This document shows, one piece after another, positions 28,414 through 39,443 of a DNA stretch of 64,000 nucleotides. The translations under genes were made by a program, and so were the position numbers. The stretch spans positions 64,001 through 128,000 of the forward strand of contig CAWHCF010000038.1 in NCBI GenBank assembly GCA_963827655.1. The letters run 5' to 3'. The notes beneath the pieces are model-generated. The model was not told the DNA's origin. It searched no databases and saw only the letters and a list, made by a program, of their open reading frames with translations. Every line of letters begins with the position of its first letter. The stretch's first letter is position 1. The DNA is from an uncultured Acidobacteriota bacterium (lineage in GTDB: Bacteria; Acidobacteriota; UBA6911).

Positions 28414-29724
28414 ATGGCTGCGAAATGTGATTGCGGGAGCGTTCCGAAGACGCTGTTCGGGCGGCGGGATTTCGTCAAGATCGGATCGCTGGGCATCCTC
28501 GGATTGAACCTGCGCGATTACTTCTTTCTAAGGTCGGCGTCAGCGAATTCGTCCGTGCCGGATCGATCGGTCATTCTTGTCTGGCTGAGCGGCGGTCCTC
28601 CCCATCACGATACCTTTGACATGAAGCCTGAAGCTCCGGCCGAGATTCGAGGCACCTTCAAGCCGATTCCCACCAACGTCTCAGGTATTCAAGTCTGTGA
28701 GCATCTTCCGCGCACCGCGCGGCAGGCCGACAAATTCGCCATTGTCCGATCCATGACGTCGCGGGAGAACAATCACGAGCCGGCGATCAACTATCTTCAG
28801 ACGGGCTACCTCCCTTTGCAGACGCTCGAATTCCCTTCGATGGGATCTGTGATCGCAAAAGAAAAGGGTTCACGCAACAGCCTCCCGCCCTACGTCACGA
28901 TCCCGAACATCTTCCCTTCGTTCGGTCCCGGTTTTCTGGGCGGGGAGTACGGACCCTTTATTGCGGGCGATCCCAACGTCAAGGACTACAGGGTTCGGGA
29001 CCTGAATCTTCCCGTCGATGTCGACTGGCATCGGGTCAACAACCGGCGCTGGCTGCTCGATCATATGGATCAAAGATTTCGTGAGATCGACACGAAGAAC
29101 GAGTTTCAGGCGATGGATTCCTTTTACGAGAAGGCCTACGACCTGATTCGGTCGCCATCGGCGCAGAAAGCCTTTGATATCGAGCAAGAGCCCGAGACTA
29201 TACGAAACCGATACGGGCGCACCCCTGTGGGTCAGGGGTGCCTGCTGGCCCGCCGCCTGGTCGAAGCGGGGGTGCGTTTCGTGACTGTGGCGAAAGGCTG
29301 GCTGAACTGGGACACGCACGGCCGCAACTTCACCACCCTGGAAAAGACCTTGCTTCCCGAGCTCGACATGGCCTATTCGGCCCTGCTGGAGGATCTGGCC
29401 GCGCGCGGGATGCTCGAGTCGACGCTGGTTGTCTTGATGGGAGAATTCGGCCGGACGCCGAAAATCAATTCAGACGCCGGCCGGGACCATTGGTCCAAAG
29501 CTTTCTCGATCGTTCTTTCCGGCGCAGGCGTCATCGGCGGCAGGATACTCGGCTCAACTGACGCCACTGGATCGGAGGTCAAGGATGATCCGGTGCACGT
29601 CGAGGATCTCACCGCCACGATCTACGAGCGCCTGGGCATCGACCACACGCGCGAATACCACACCGACATCGGCCGTCCCGTCAAGCTCTCGAATGGCGGC
29701 AAGGTGATCACCCAGCTGTTCTGA
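28414..29724 (+). CDS. DUF1501 domain protein (Tat-like N-terminus)
   Basis: RRDFVK, WLSGGP.H.DTFDMKP, CLLARRLVEAGVRFV, WDTH, GEFGRTP.IN..GRDHW. Confidence 0.95.
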   Translation: MAAKCDCGSVPKTLFGRRDFVKIGSLGILGLNLRDYFFLRSASANSSVPDRSVILVWLSGGPPHHDTFDMKPEAPAEIRGTFKPIPTNVSGIQVCEHLPRTARQADKFAIVRSMTSRENNHEPAINYLQTGYLPLQTLEFPSMGSVIAKEKGSRNSLPPYVTIPNIFPSFGPGFLGGEYGPFIAGDPNVKDYRVRDLNLPVDVDWHRVNNRRWLLDHMDQRFREIDTKNEFQAMDSFYEKAYDLIRSPSAQKAFDIEQEPETIRNRYGRTPVGQGCLLARRLVEAGVRFVTVAKGWLNWDTHGRNFTTLEKTLLPELDMAYSALLEDLAARGMLESTLVVLMGEFGRTPKINSDAGRDHWSKAFSIVLSGAGVIGGRILGSTDATGSEVKDDPVHVEDLTATIYERLGIDHTREYHTDIGRPVKLSNGGKVITQLF

Positions 29725-29739
29725 ATCGCGGAACAAAAC

Positions 29740-29778
29740 CAACCACCAAGACACCAAGACTCGAAGAAACGCGAAGAA
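29740..29778 (+). repeat. Octamer-array repeat copy
   Basis: CAACC-ACCAAGAC-ACCAAGAC-TCGAAGAAAC-GCGAAGA. Confidence 0.9.
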
Positions 29779-29812
29779 CCTTGGTTCTTAACGGCTGAAT
29801 CCCGCGAGGGAA

Positions 29813-31636
<1,824 letters not shown>

Positions 31637-31658
31637 TGAGCCCTCTCCTCGATTGTCA

Positions 31659-31683
31659 GTGTTTCTTGGCGTCCTTGTGGTTG
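31659..31683 (-). repeat. Octamer-array repeat copy
   Basis: Reverse strand reads CAACC-ACAAGGAC-GCCAAGAAAC-AC. Confidence 0.75.
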
Positions 31684-31699
31684 TCTTGTTTCGAAGGAC

Positions 31700-32068
31700 T
31701 CAGTCATAGCCGTATTCCTTCAGAATCTCTTCATCCAGTCCCATGAAATGCGCGATCTCGTGGACCAGGGTAATCTCCACCTCGCGGGCCAGCTCTTGCG
31801 GATCGGGAAAATCCTCCTCGAGGGGACGCCGATACAGGTAGATTATAGAAGGAAGATCTCCCCAATCGTCAAATCGCCTGTCGGTTATCGGCTTTCCGGT
31901 AAAGAGTCCGTAAACCAGGCCGTCCGGATCTCCGGTTACCTCCTCCATCAAGCGCGGGTCGGGCCAGTCTTCGACCACGATCTCCACGTTCTCCAAGGCA
32001 TCGCGAAAGCGGCGCGGAATCTTGCGGAGAGCGCTTTCGACCAGCGCGTCAAATTGACTTCGCTTCAC
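31700..32068 (-). CDS. Minimal zincin (Zincin_1/DUF1025) metallopeptidase-like protein
   Basis: NVEIVVED.P, YGLF.G, IYLYRRP, TLVHEIAHFMG. Confidence 0.9.
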   Translation of the reverse strand: MKRSQFDALVESALRKIPRRFRDALENVEIVVEDWPDPRLMEEVTGDPDGLVYGLFTGKPITDRRFDDWGDLPSIIYLYRRPLEEDFPDPQELAREVEITLVHEIAHFMGLDEEILKEYGYD

Positions 32069-32136
32069 CCAGGTCCTCGTCGACTAAACCTTGTACCATC
32101 GACCCGTGAAGCTACCAAGAGTTGTTTTTCTGCCTT

Positions 32137-32191
32137 ACCCACCGAGTCTCGAAGACTCCAAGGAATCTTGTTCTTTGCGTCCTGGCGGTTA
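32137..32191. repeat. Degenerate inverted pair of octamer-array repeats
   Basis: ACCCACCGAGTCTCGAAGACTCCAAGGAA ... TTCTTTGCGTCCTGGCGGTTA. Confidence 0.65.
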
Positions 32192-32198
32192 AGGATCG

Positions 32199-33496
32199 AT
32201 GGTTGATCTTGAAAAAGCGCGTGAAAATCAGATAGATTCGCTGTCTATGGTTAGGACGCCCGGGCTGTTCTGGCTCGAGAAACGACTCCTTCGGATGATC
32301 CTGCGGCGGCTCGTCAAGCCCGTTCGAGTGGTCCTTTGGAATGGAGAGGAGATCTCAGAATCGATCGATCCTCCGTCAGCCCGAATTACGGTTCGAGATG
32401 AAGCAACGCTCTGGGGGCTGATCTTGAATCCCGACCTTCATTTCGGCGAGGCCTACAGCAAGGGTCGAATTGAGATAGAGGGAGACCTGGTCGGCCTGCT
32501 TGATACAATCTATCGCTCGAAGACTCAGACCACCGAAGGCCTCGGCCGGAGACTCATGTCTCGCTGGTTCGCCCCGCGGGCCTCGAATACGTTGCGAGAC
32601 TCCCGCACGAAACATTCACCGCCATTACGACATTCGGACCGATTTTTATAAGCTCTGGCTCGATTCACAGCTCGTCTACACCTGTGGCTACTTTCCATCC
32701 TCCACCCACTCGCTGGAGGCGGCACAATTTGCAAAAATGGACTACGTTTGCCGTAAGGTGCGGCTGCAACCGGGGGACCGTGTCGTGGAAGCCGGATGCG
32801 GCTGGGGCGCGCTGGCCCTCCATATGGCCAAGCACTATGGAGTCTCGGTCAAGGCTTTCAACATTTCCCACGAACAGATTCTTTTCGCCCGCCAACGCGC
32901 CCGAGAGGAGGGCCTGGCGGCTCGCGTGGAGTTTATCGAAGACGATTACCGGAACATTTCGGGGCGCTTTGATGTTTTCGTTTCGGTGGGAATGCTGGAG
33001 CATGTCGGCTTGCAGTATTACCGCGAACTCGGGAACCGTCATTGATCGCTGTCTGGAAGCGTCGGGGCGGGGGTTTCTGCATTTCATAGGACGCAACCGG
33101 GAGCTCCCTCTGAATGCCTGGATCAGGAGGCGGATTTTTCCTGGCGCCTACCCTCCCACGCTTCGTCAGGTGATGGATATTTTCGAACCGTGGAGTTTTT
33201 GCGTGCTCGACGTGGAGAATCTTCGTCTGCACTATGCCAAGACGCTCGAACACTGGCTGGCTCGGTTTGAAGAATCGGCCGGCCGGATTTGCGCCATGTT
33301 TAACGCGGATTTCGTGAGAGCATGGCGTCTCTATCTGGCTGGATCCCTGGTCGCCTTTCAGACCGGTTGGCTTCAGTTGTTCCAGATTGCGTTCGCTCGG
33401 TTCGATCACAACCAGATTCCCTGGACCCGAGGTTACCTCTACCGGGACGAGTCGGACCCCAAGCAGGAGTCGAAATGGATTCATGCGATGTCGTAA
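32199..33496 (+). CDS. cfa: Cyclopropane-fatty-acyl-phospholipid synthase family SAM methyltransferase; frameshifts near 32610 and 33035
   Basis: Three overlapping ORFs give FGEAY..G.IEIEGDL / NI..HYD...FYKLWLD..L.YTCGYF, EAGCGWG, SVGMLEHVG / WI...IFPG, LRLHYAKTL..W, W.LYL. Confidence 0.88.
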
Positions 33497-34605
33497 TCGT
33501 GGGTGCCGGCCCGGCAGGTTCTGCCTGCGCCTGGAAGCTGATGCGAGCCGGATTGGACGTCGCGCTGCTCGAGAAAGGCAAGTTTCCCCGAGACAAGGTC
33601 TGCGGTGGATGGATCACGCCTCCGGTGCTCGAGGAACTGGAGATCGACCCGCGCGACTATGCGGGCAGCGGGAAAATCTTCCAGCCGATTACCGGTTTTC
33701 GCACCAGCCGCATGGGCGATGCCCAGGTGGAGACGCACTACGGAAAACCGGTCAGCTATGGAATCCGCCGCTTTGAGTTCGACCATTATCTTGCGGTGCG
33801 TTCGCGCGCCCGGCTGATTGAAGGAGTCGCTTTTGGCAGCCTGGAACGGCTGGGCGACGCCTGGCTTGTCAACAATCAGCTCAAAGCCCGGCTGGTAATT
33901 GGAGCCGGAGGTCATTTCTGTCCTGTGGCGCGACACCTGGGAGCGAAATCCGGAGGAGAGGCAATTGTGGCGGCCCAGGAGACCGAGTTTGAAATGGACG
34001 TCCGCCAGCAGGAAGAGTGCTCGATCCGTTCCGAAGTTCCCGAGCTGTTCTTTTGCCCTGACATGAAGGGTTATGGCTGGGCTTTCAGGAAAGGAAGTTT
34101 CCTGAATATCGGTCTGGGACGGCTCGACCGCCGCCATCTCTCCGGTCACGTCTCCGGCTTCATCAGTTTTCTAAAGAGCGCTCGAAAAATTCCGGGCGAC
34201 GTGACGCCGTCGCTATCCGGACACGCTTATCTCTTGTACGGCCTGGGCGGCCGCCGGCTCGTCACCGACGGGATTCTCCTGATAGGGGACGCGGCAGGGC
34301 TCGCCTACTGGCAGAGCGGAGAAGGAATTCGACCGGCCGTCGAATCGGGGTTGATGGCAGCCGAGGCCGTCGTCGCAGCTCGCGGAGACTACAGGGAAGG
34401 ACGGCTGGAGCAGTATCGCAAGATGATCGCGGCGCACTTCGGAAAGTCGGAGCGCGATTGGGCAAGCGGTCTCGCCGGCCTGATCCCTCAATCCTGGATT
34501 GCAGCTATGGCGCGAAAGCTCCTCGCCACGCGATGGTTTTCACGACACGTGCTGCTGGACCATTGGTTTCTACATTCCCACCAGCCGGCTCTTCGCGCGT
34601 CTTAG
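33475..34605 (+). CDS. Geranylgeranyl-reductase-family FAD-dependent oxidoreductase
   Basis: DVVIVGAGPAGS, FPRDKVCGG, GYGWAF, LIGDAAG...SGEGI..AV.SG; AGGAG RBS before ATG 33475. Confidence 0.88.
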   Translation: MDSCDVVIVGAGPAGSACAWKLMRAGLDVALLEKGKFPRDKVCGGWITPPVLEELEIDPRDYAGSGKIFQPITGFRTSRMGDAQVETHYGKPVSYGIRRFEFDHYLAVRSRARLIEGVAFGSLERLGDAWLVNNQLKARLVIGAGGHFCPVARHLGAKSGGEAIVAAQETEFEMDVRQQEECSIRSEVPELFFCPDMKGYGWAFRKGSFLNIGLGRLDRRHLSGHVSGFISFLKSARKIPGDVTPSLSGHAYLLYGLGGRRLVTDGILLIGDAAGLAYWQSGEGIRPAVESGLMAAEAVVAARGDYREGRLEQYRKMIAAHFGKSERDWASGLAGLIPQSWIAAMARKLLATRWFSRHVLLDHWFLHSHQPALRAS

Positions 34606-34630
34606 CGGCTTTCCTGGGAGAGGAGAATGA

Positions 34631-34906
34631 ATGGATGTCGTAGACCTTTTGATCCTGTTGCTGGTTGCGGGGATTTGTGGCGCATTGGGACAGGCGATCA
34701 CAGGTTTCACGCGCGGCGGCTGCCTGGTCTCAATCGCTCTCGGATTCATTGGCGCGGTCATCGGGATGTGGTTAGCACGGAAGCTTGGCTTGCCTGAAGT
34801 ATTTGCTCTGACAGTTGGGACTGCGACCTTTCCGATTATATGGTCCATTATCGGCTCGGCGCTATTTGTGGCGGTCGTCAGCTTGTTGACCCGTTCGCGC
34901 CCTTGA
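34631..34906 (+). CDS. GlsB/YeaQ/YmgE (transglycosylase-associated) membrane protein
   Basis: 91 aa, 3 TM; GG.L.SI.LGFIGA.IG, SIIGS. Confidence 0.85.
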   Translation: MDVVDLLILLLVAGICGALGQAITGFTRGGCLVSIALGFIGAVIGMWLARKLGLPEVFALTVGTATFPIIWSIIGSALFVAVVSLLTRSRP

Positions 34907-35243
34907 GCGGATAGAGTTCATCGGTCTTTGCGGCCATGATGAAGTCGTTTCGATGTAACCCTCGGATTTTGTGGGTCCACCACGCTACCGAGACGCGCCC
35001 CCACTCGGTGAGGATTGCCGGGTGGTGCCCTTCGCTTTCCGCGAGCTCCCCCACTTTGATCGTGAATGCCAGCGCCTGGGCGAAGTCGCCGAAGTGAAAT
35101 ACGCGTTCCAGCCGCGGAATGTCGTCTCGGACCAGGAGCTCCCAATCGGGAATCTGAGGTTTCAATTCCGCGATCTCCGAATTGGTGACCGTGGGCGCGC
35201 CTTTCCGGCACGCCTCGCATTTTTCCTTGATAAGCATATTCAA
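34878..35243 (-). CDS. phhB: Pterin-4-alpha-carbinolamine dehydratase
   Basis: [37 protein letters not shown]. Confidence 0.92.
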   Translation of the reverse strand: MNMLIKEKCEACRKGAPTVTNSEIAELKPQIPDWELLVRDDIPRLERVFHFGDFAQALAFTIKVGELAESEGHHPAILTEWGRVSVAWWTHKIRGLHRNDFIMAAKTDELYPLKGANGSTS

Positions 35244-35959
35244 CTCCTCTGCCTATTGCCTGTTGCTTCTGAATATTCCGCCAACGAAAACCCGGGCGTG
35301 AGCAGGAGCGCGTGGCCGGCCTCTGGGAACTCGTAGACCGTCGAATCAGGAATGCAGGACGCCATGAAACGAGCCTCCGCGATAGACGGCACGATCTTGT
35401 CACGGCCGGAGGCAAACAAGAGGGTCGGGACCGTGATCTCATGCAGCCGTGGGCGCAGATCGACTTGTTGAACAAGCTCGAGCCGGCGCCGGTAGGCGCC
35501 GAAATTCACCAGCTGGACGATTCGCCGATAGACCTTCCTGTCTTCCTCGGGCACGCCTTCATGGGCGAGGGTTCGATCGACGATGAAGTTCTTGATGCTT
35601 TGCAATCTTTTCACTCTCAGAAGCGGGACCAGGCGGCGCCCCAGGAGAATGCGTCTTCTCGGCCTGTAATACGGAAAAGTGTTGATCAACGCGAGACGAC
35701 TCACGCGCTCCGGGTAAGCCAGCACGTAGTGCATGGCGATCGTTCCGCCGAACGATTCCCCCACTACCAGAATCGATCCAGGCTCCTCGCCGGCTGTCCC
35801 TTCGCCGAGTTCGTCGACAAGATCGCGGAAATCAAAACTTGAACGCTCGCTAAACTTCCAGGCCAAAACCCGGTGACGCGACGATAAAGCAGCGATCTGC
35901 CGGTAAAACATCTCGCCGGTGCCATCGAGCCCGGGTATCAACAAGGCAAGCGGCTTCAT
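35240..35959 (-). CDS. Alpha/beta fold hydrolase
   Basis: [14 protein letters not shown] nucleophile elbow, D (GRDKIV), H (AGHALL). Confidence 0.88.
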   Translation of the reverse strand: MKPLALLIPGLDGTGEMFYRQIAALSSRHRVLAWKFSERSSFDFRDLVDELGEGTAGEEPGSILVVGESFGGTIAMHYVLAYPERVSRLALINTFPYYRPRRRILLGRRLVPLLRVKRLQSIKNFIVDRTLAHEGVPEEDRKVYRRIVQLVNFGAYRRRLELVQQVDLRPRLHEITVPTLLFASGRDKIVPSIAEARFMASCIPDSTVYEFPEAGHALLLTPGFSLAEYSEATGNRQRS

Positions 35960-36110
35960 CGGTTATAGGCGCAAAGAAGCGGATATAAAAGGCCGTCAGA
36001 AAGTGTGAATCAATGGACAGGCGCCCCTTCTCACAGTCGGCTCTTCGAACCAGCCCATCGGCCCGGAGTTTGGACATTCGCTGGCACGGCAGCGCGCGTG
36101 CGGTTAACAG

Positions 36111-36320
36111 AGGCCGAAGGCTCGGCAGTGAATAGCCCCGCCCGTTAGGCGGGGACGCACGAGCGTCGAGTGCCGAGGTCCGAAGGACCGGCACTTCGAA
36201 TGTGTCGCACCTTCGGCGCTCAAGCTTGTGAAACCCAGATTCCCCGGCCTACGGCGGGCTACGCACTGCCGGCCCTTCGGCCTAGCTCTTACCTTCTTCA
36301 CAGTTTCTCACGGTCGCGGT
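36111..36320. repeat. REPIN-like palindromic element with ~42-bp terminal inverted repeats plus adjacent insert end
   Basis: AGGCCGAAGGCTCGGCAGTGAATAGCCCCGCCCGTTAGGCGGGG ... CCCCGGCCTACGGCGGGCTACGCACTGCCGGCCCTTCGGCCT; inner GGTCCGAAGGACC hairpin; TTCACAGTTTCTCACG is the reverse complement of the motif at 1829 and 22159. Confidence 0.8.
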
Positions 36321-36371
36321 TGGAGTTTGGCCATTTCACGGACGCGGCAGCTCGCCGACGCGACACAAAGC

Positions 36372-37532
36372 TTACCGCAATTTTGCGAACCGTTCCTCGA
36401 CCAGGTCCAGAGTCTGATCCCTCTTGGGAAAGGCAAACCTGACCAGGCCGCGCCCGAGAGACGGATCCGAGGTATAGAAGCTCGATCCGGGAACGGTAGC
36501 CACCCCGATTTCGTCGATGAGCCAGTAGGCAAAAGCGGTATCGTCTTCGTCGCGGCCCAGGTGCCTGAAGCTTGCCATGGTGTAGTAGGCCCCCTCGGGC
36601 GTGTGGCTCTCAAATCCATGATCGGAGAGTATTTTCATCATGCGCGCGCGCCGGGAGTCGTAGAAGGCGCGGAGCCAGGCGTAGTACGAATCCGGCATGT
36701 TCAAGGCCGCAACCATAGCCGCCTGAAGCGGCGTGGGCGCGCATACTGTGGTGAAATCGTGAACTTTGCGGAGGGCGTCGGTCAACTCCTCGTTCGCAAT
36801 GGCGTAACCGAGCCGCCAGCCGGTGACGGCGAAGGTTTTCCCCATCCCGCAAATAGTGATGGTTCGTTCCCACATCCCGGGCAGAGTCGCCATCGGAATA
36901 TGCCGCCGCCCGTCGTAGACCAGGTGCTCGTAGATCTCGTCGGTTATCGCTACCGTGTCGAACTCGACACAAAGATCTGCAATGATCGAGAGCTCCTCGC
37001 GCGTGAACACTCGCCCGGAAGGATTGTGGGGAGAGTTGAAGATGATGGCTTTGGCTCCGCCCTGGAACGCGGCTCGCAGCTCATCGGGTCTGAAACGGTA
37101 ATCCGGCGGGCGTATCGGAACCCACACCGGAGTTCCCCCTGCAAACGCAATGCCGGCATGGTAGTTCTCATGAGCAGGTTCCAGAACGATCACTCTTTCA
37201 CCGGGATTTACAATCGCGACCAGACTCGCGATGACCGCCTCGGTGACGCCGCAAGTTACCGTCACGTGGCGCTCCGGATCGACACTCTGATCGTAGAAAC
37301 GCCGGCTCTTATCCGCGATTGCCTTTCGCAATGACGGCTGCCCCCAGGTCATGCCGTACTGGTTGTAGCCTTGCCGCATGGCTTCTTCGGCGGCTGCAAT
37401 GACTTCGGCAGGAGGGTCGAAGTCGGGAAAGCCTTGAGCGAGCAGAACGGCGCCCTTCTCGATGGCATATCGAGTGATGGAGCGTATGACAGATTCCTGA
37501 AGGTATTTCAGTCGGTTAGCGGCGTAAGGCAT
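36372..37532 (-). CDS. PLP-dependent aminotransferase class I/II
   Basis: LAQGFPDF, NSPHNPSG, TDEIYE, GKTFAVTGWRLG, VPGSSF; ATG at 37532. Confidence 0.93.
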   Translation of the reverse strand: MPYAANRLKYLQESVIRSITRYAIEKGAVLLAQGFPDFDPPAEVIAAAEEAMRQGYNQYGMTWGQPSLRKAIADKSRRFYDQSVDPERHVTVTCGVTEAVIASLVAIVNPGERVIVLEPAHENYHAGIAFAGGTPVWVPIRPPDYRFRPDELRAAFQGGAKAIIFNSPHNPSGRVFTREELSIIADLCVEFDTVAITDEIYEHLVYDGRRHIPMATLPGMWERTITICGMGKTFAVTGWRLGYAIANEELTDALRKVHDFTTVCAPTPLQAAMVAALNMPDSYYAWLRAFYDSRRARMMKILSDHGFESHTPEGAYYTMASFRHLGRDEDDTAFAYWLIDEIGVATVPGSSFYTSDPSLGRGLVRFAFPKRDQTLDLVEERFAKLR

Positions 37533-37597
37533 GAACTGAGCAGGGTACCAAAATGCCAGATCTCGAGGCAAGGACTTCCAGGGCTGACGATAACCGC

Positions 37598-37630
37598 CAA
37601 CCGCTAAGACGCTGAAGACGCCGAAGAAAC
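37598..37630 (+). repeat. Octamer-array repeat copy
   Basis: CAACC-GCTAAGAC-GCTGAAGAC-GCCGAAGAAAC. Confidence 0.75.
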
Positions 37631-37695
37631 TAAAAGGAACTTGACAAATAACTGCCGGCGCGGCAATGTTCGCAGTATCGCGGGGCCCGACCGGC

Positions 37696-39357
37696 ATGCG
37701 GATCTTGATTTTCTTGACGCTTTCGATACTTGGTCAGTTTCTGTTCTCACAAGGGGGCTCGCAGGGGAGTAACCGGTCACCCTCTCCGATTCGGTTCAGG
37801 AATGTTGCCGGGCCGGCCGGCGTCAATTTTGTCCTGGAGAATCACCCAACGCCCGAGAAGCACCTCATCGAGACGATGCCGGGCGGAGTCGCCACTCTCG
37901 ACTACAACGGCGACGGGTTGATCGATATCTACTTCACAAACGGCGCTGCCATCCCTTCGCTCGAAAAGGAATCACCCAAATACTTCAACCGTCTGTTCCG
38001 GAATGAAGGTGGAATGAAGTTTACCGACGTCACCCAGGAAGCGGCGGTGGCCGGCGCCGGTTATTCGATAGGGGTTGCGGCCGCGGACTACGACAACGAC
38101 GGCGACGTCGATCTTTTCGTCGCGGGAGTGAATCGTAATACACTCTATCGAAATGGCGGGAAAGGAGTCTTTCAAGATGTTACGTCCGGGGCCGGCATCG
38201 AAAGCAGCGTGTGGTCAGTCGCGGGCGGTTGGTTCGATTTCGACAACGATGGCTGGCTCGACTTGCTCGTAGTGAACTATGTGAAATGGTCGCTCGCGCT
38301 CGATCGCTACTGTGGCGACGCGGCCAGGAAACTGCGGGTCTATTGCCACCCAAGATATTTTCAGGCGCTTCCGAACACGCTCTACCGCAATCGGCGAGAC
38401 GGAACTTTTGAGGATGTCTCACTGCGAGCCGGTATTTTGCAGCATGCCGGGAAAGGTATGAGTGCGGCGTTCGCCGACTACGACCTGGATGGCTTCGTCG
38501 ATGCGTTTGTCACAAACGATAACCTGCCCAATTTTCTTTTTCACAATCGTGGAAACGGCGCCTTTGAAGAGACTGGACTCCTGTCCGGAACGGCTTTGCT
38601 CGAGCACGGCAAGCCGGTTTCCAGCATGGGCGTGGATTTTCGCGACTATGACAACGACGGACTCCCCGATATCACTATCACCGCCCTGGCTGGGGAGACA
38701 TTTCCACTATTTCACAACGAGGGAAAAGGGTTGTTCCGGGACGCTACCTACGGCAGCAGGCTCGGTGCTCTGAGTGCCAGGCGAAGCGGCTGGGGCACTG
38801 GTCTGGTTGATCTGAATAATGATGGCTGGAAAGACCTCTTTACTGCCAACGCACACGTCAACGACAAGATCGAACTCTTCGAATCCGGGCAGTACAAACA
38901 GGCCAACAGTGTCTTCGCCAACTTGGGAGACGGGACATTTCGTGATTTCTCGAACAGCGCTGGCGAGGGCTTTGAGATTGCCTGCGCTCACCGCGGGAGT
39001 GCGTTTGCGGATTTCAACAATGACGGCAGAATCGATGTCGTGGTGACGGCGCTGGGAGAACCAGCGGAGGTTTGGGAGAATATCAGCAGTGAAGAAAACA
39101 AATGGCTGATTCTCAAGCTGGCAGGGATTCGGAGCAACCGGGACGGAATCGGGGCTCGGATTCGCCTGGGAAACCAGAGCAACGACATGACGACCAGTGT
39201 AGGTTATGCTTCAGCCAGTCATGGTGGAGTCCACTTCGGGTTCGGGAAGGCGGAGAAGATCGAAAACATCGAAATAAAATGGCCCAGCGGCGCGGTCCAG
39301 GTTCTGAGAGACGTGTCCGGCAATCAGGTGCTCCAGGTCCGCGAACCCGCGCCTTGA
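37696..39357 (+). CDS. CRTAC1 family protein (FG-GAP/VCBS repeats plus ASPIC/UnbV), secreted
   Basis: Repeated DYDNDG..DL motifs; SNRDGIGARI, GY.S.S...VHFG.G, I.WPSG. Confidence 0.92.
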   Translation: MRILIFLTLSILGQFLFSQGGSQGSNRSPSPIRFRNVAGPAGVNFVLENHPTPEKHLIETMPGGVATLDYNGDGLIDIYFTNGAAIPSLEKESPKYFNRLFRNEGGMKFTDVTQEAAVAGAGYSIGVAAADYDNDGDVDLFVAGVNRNTLYRNGGKGVFQDVTSGAGIESSVWSVAGGWFDFDNDGWLDLLVVNYVKWSLALDRYCGDAARKLRVYCHPRYFQALPNTLYRNRRDGTFEDVSLRAGILQHAGKGMSAAFADYDLDGFVDAFVTNDNLPNFLFHNRGNGAFEETGLLSGTALLEHGKPVSSMGVDFRDYDNDGLPDITITALAGETFPLFHNEGKGLFRDATYGSRLGALSARRSGWGTGLVDLNNDGWKDLFTANAHVNDKIELFESGQYKQANSVFANLGDGTFRDFSNSAGEGFEIACAHRGSAFADFNNDGRIDVVVTALGEPAEVWENISSEENKWLILKLAGIRSNRDGIGARIRLGNQSNDMTTSVGYASASHGGVHFGFGKAEKIENIEIKWPSGAVQVLRDVSGNQVLQVREPAP

Positions 39358-39419
39358 CCGCGAAGACAGCAAGGAAAGCATTCATCGGTGATATCTTCGT
39401 GACTTCTGCCTCGTGGTAT
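39356..39419. repeat. Degenerate inverted pair of octamer-array repeats
   Basis: GACCGCGAAGACAGCAAGG ... TCTTCGTGACTTCTGCCTCGTGGTAT. Confidence 0.55.
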
Positions 39420-39443
39420 TTGTTTCGCGGCGCTTTCCGCTTG

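Noticed and set aside
32600-33045. Programmed frameshifting or phase variation in cfa and other split genes
   Set aside because: No long homopolymer or SSR tract and no shared slippery motif; too many unrelated genes are affected.
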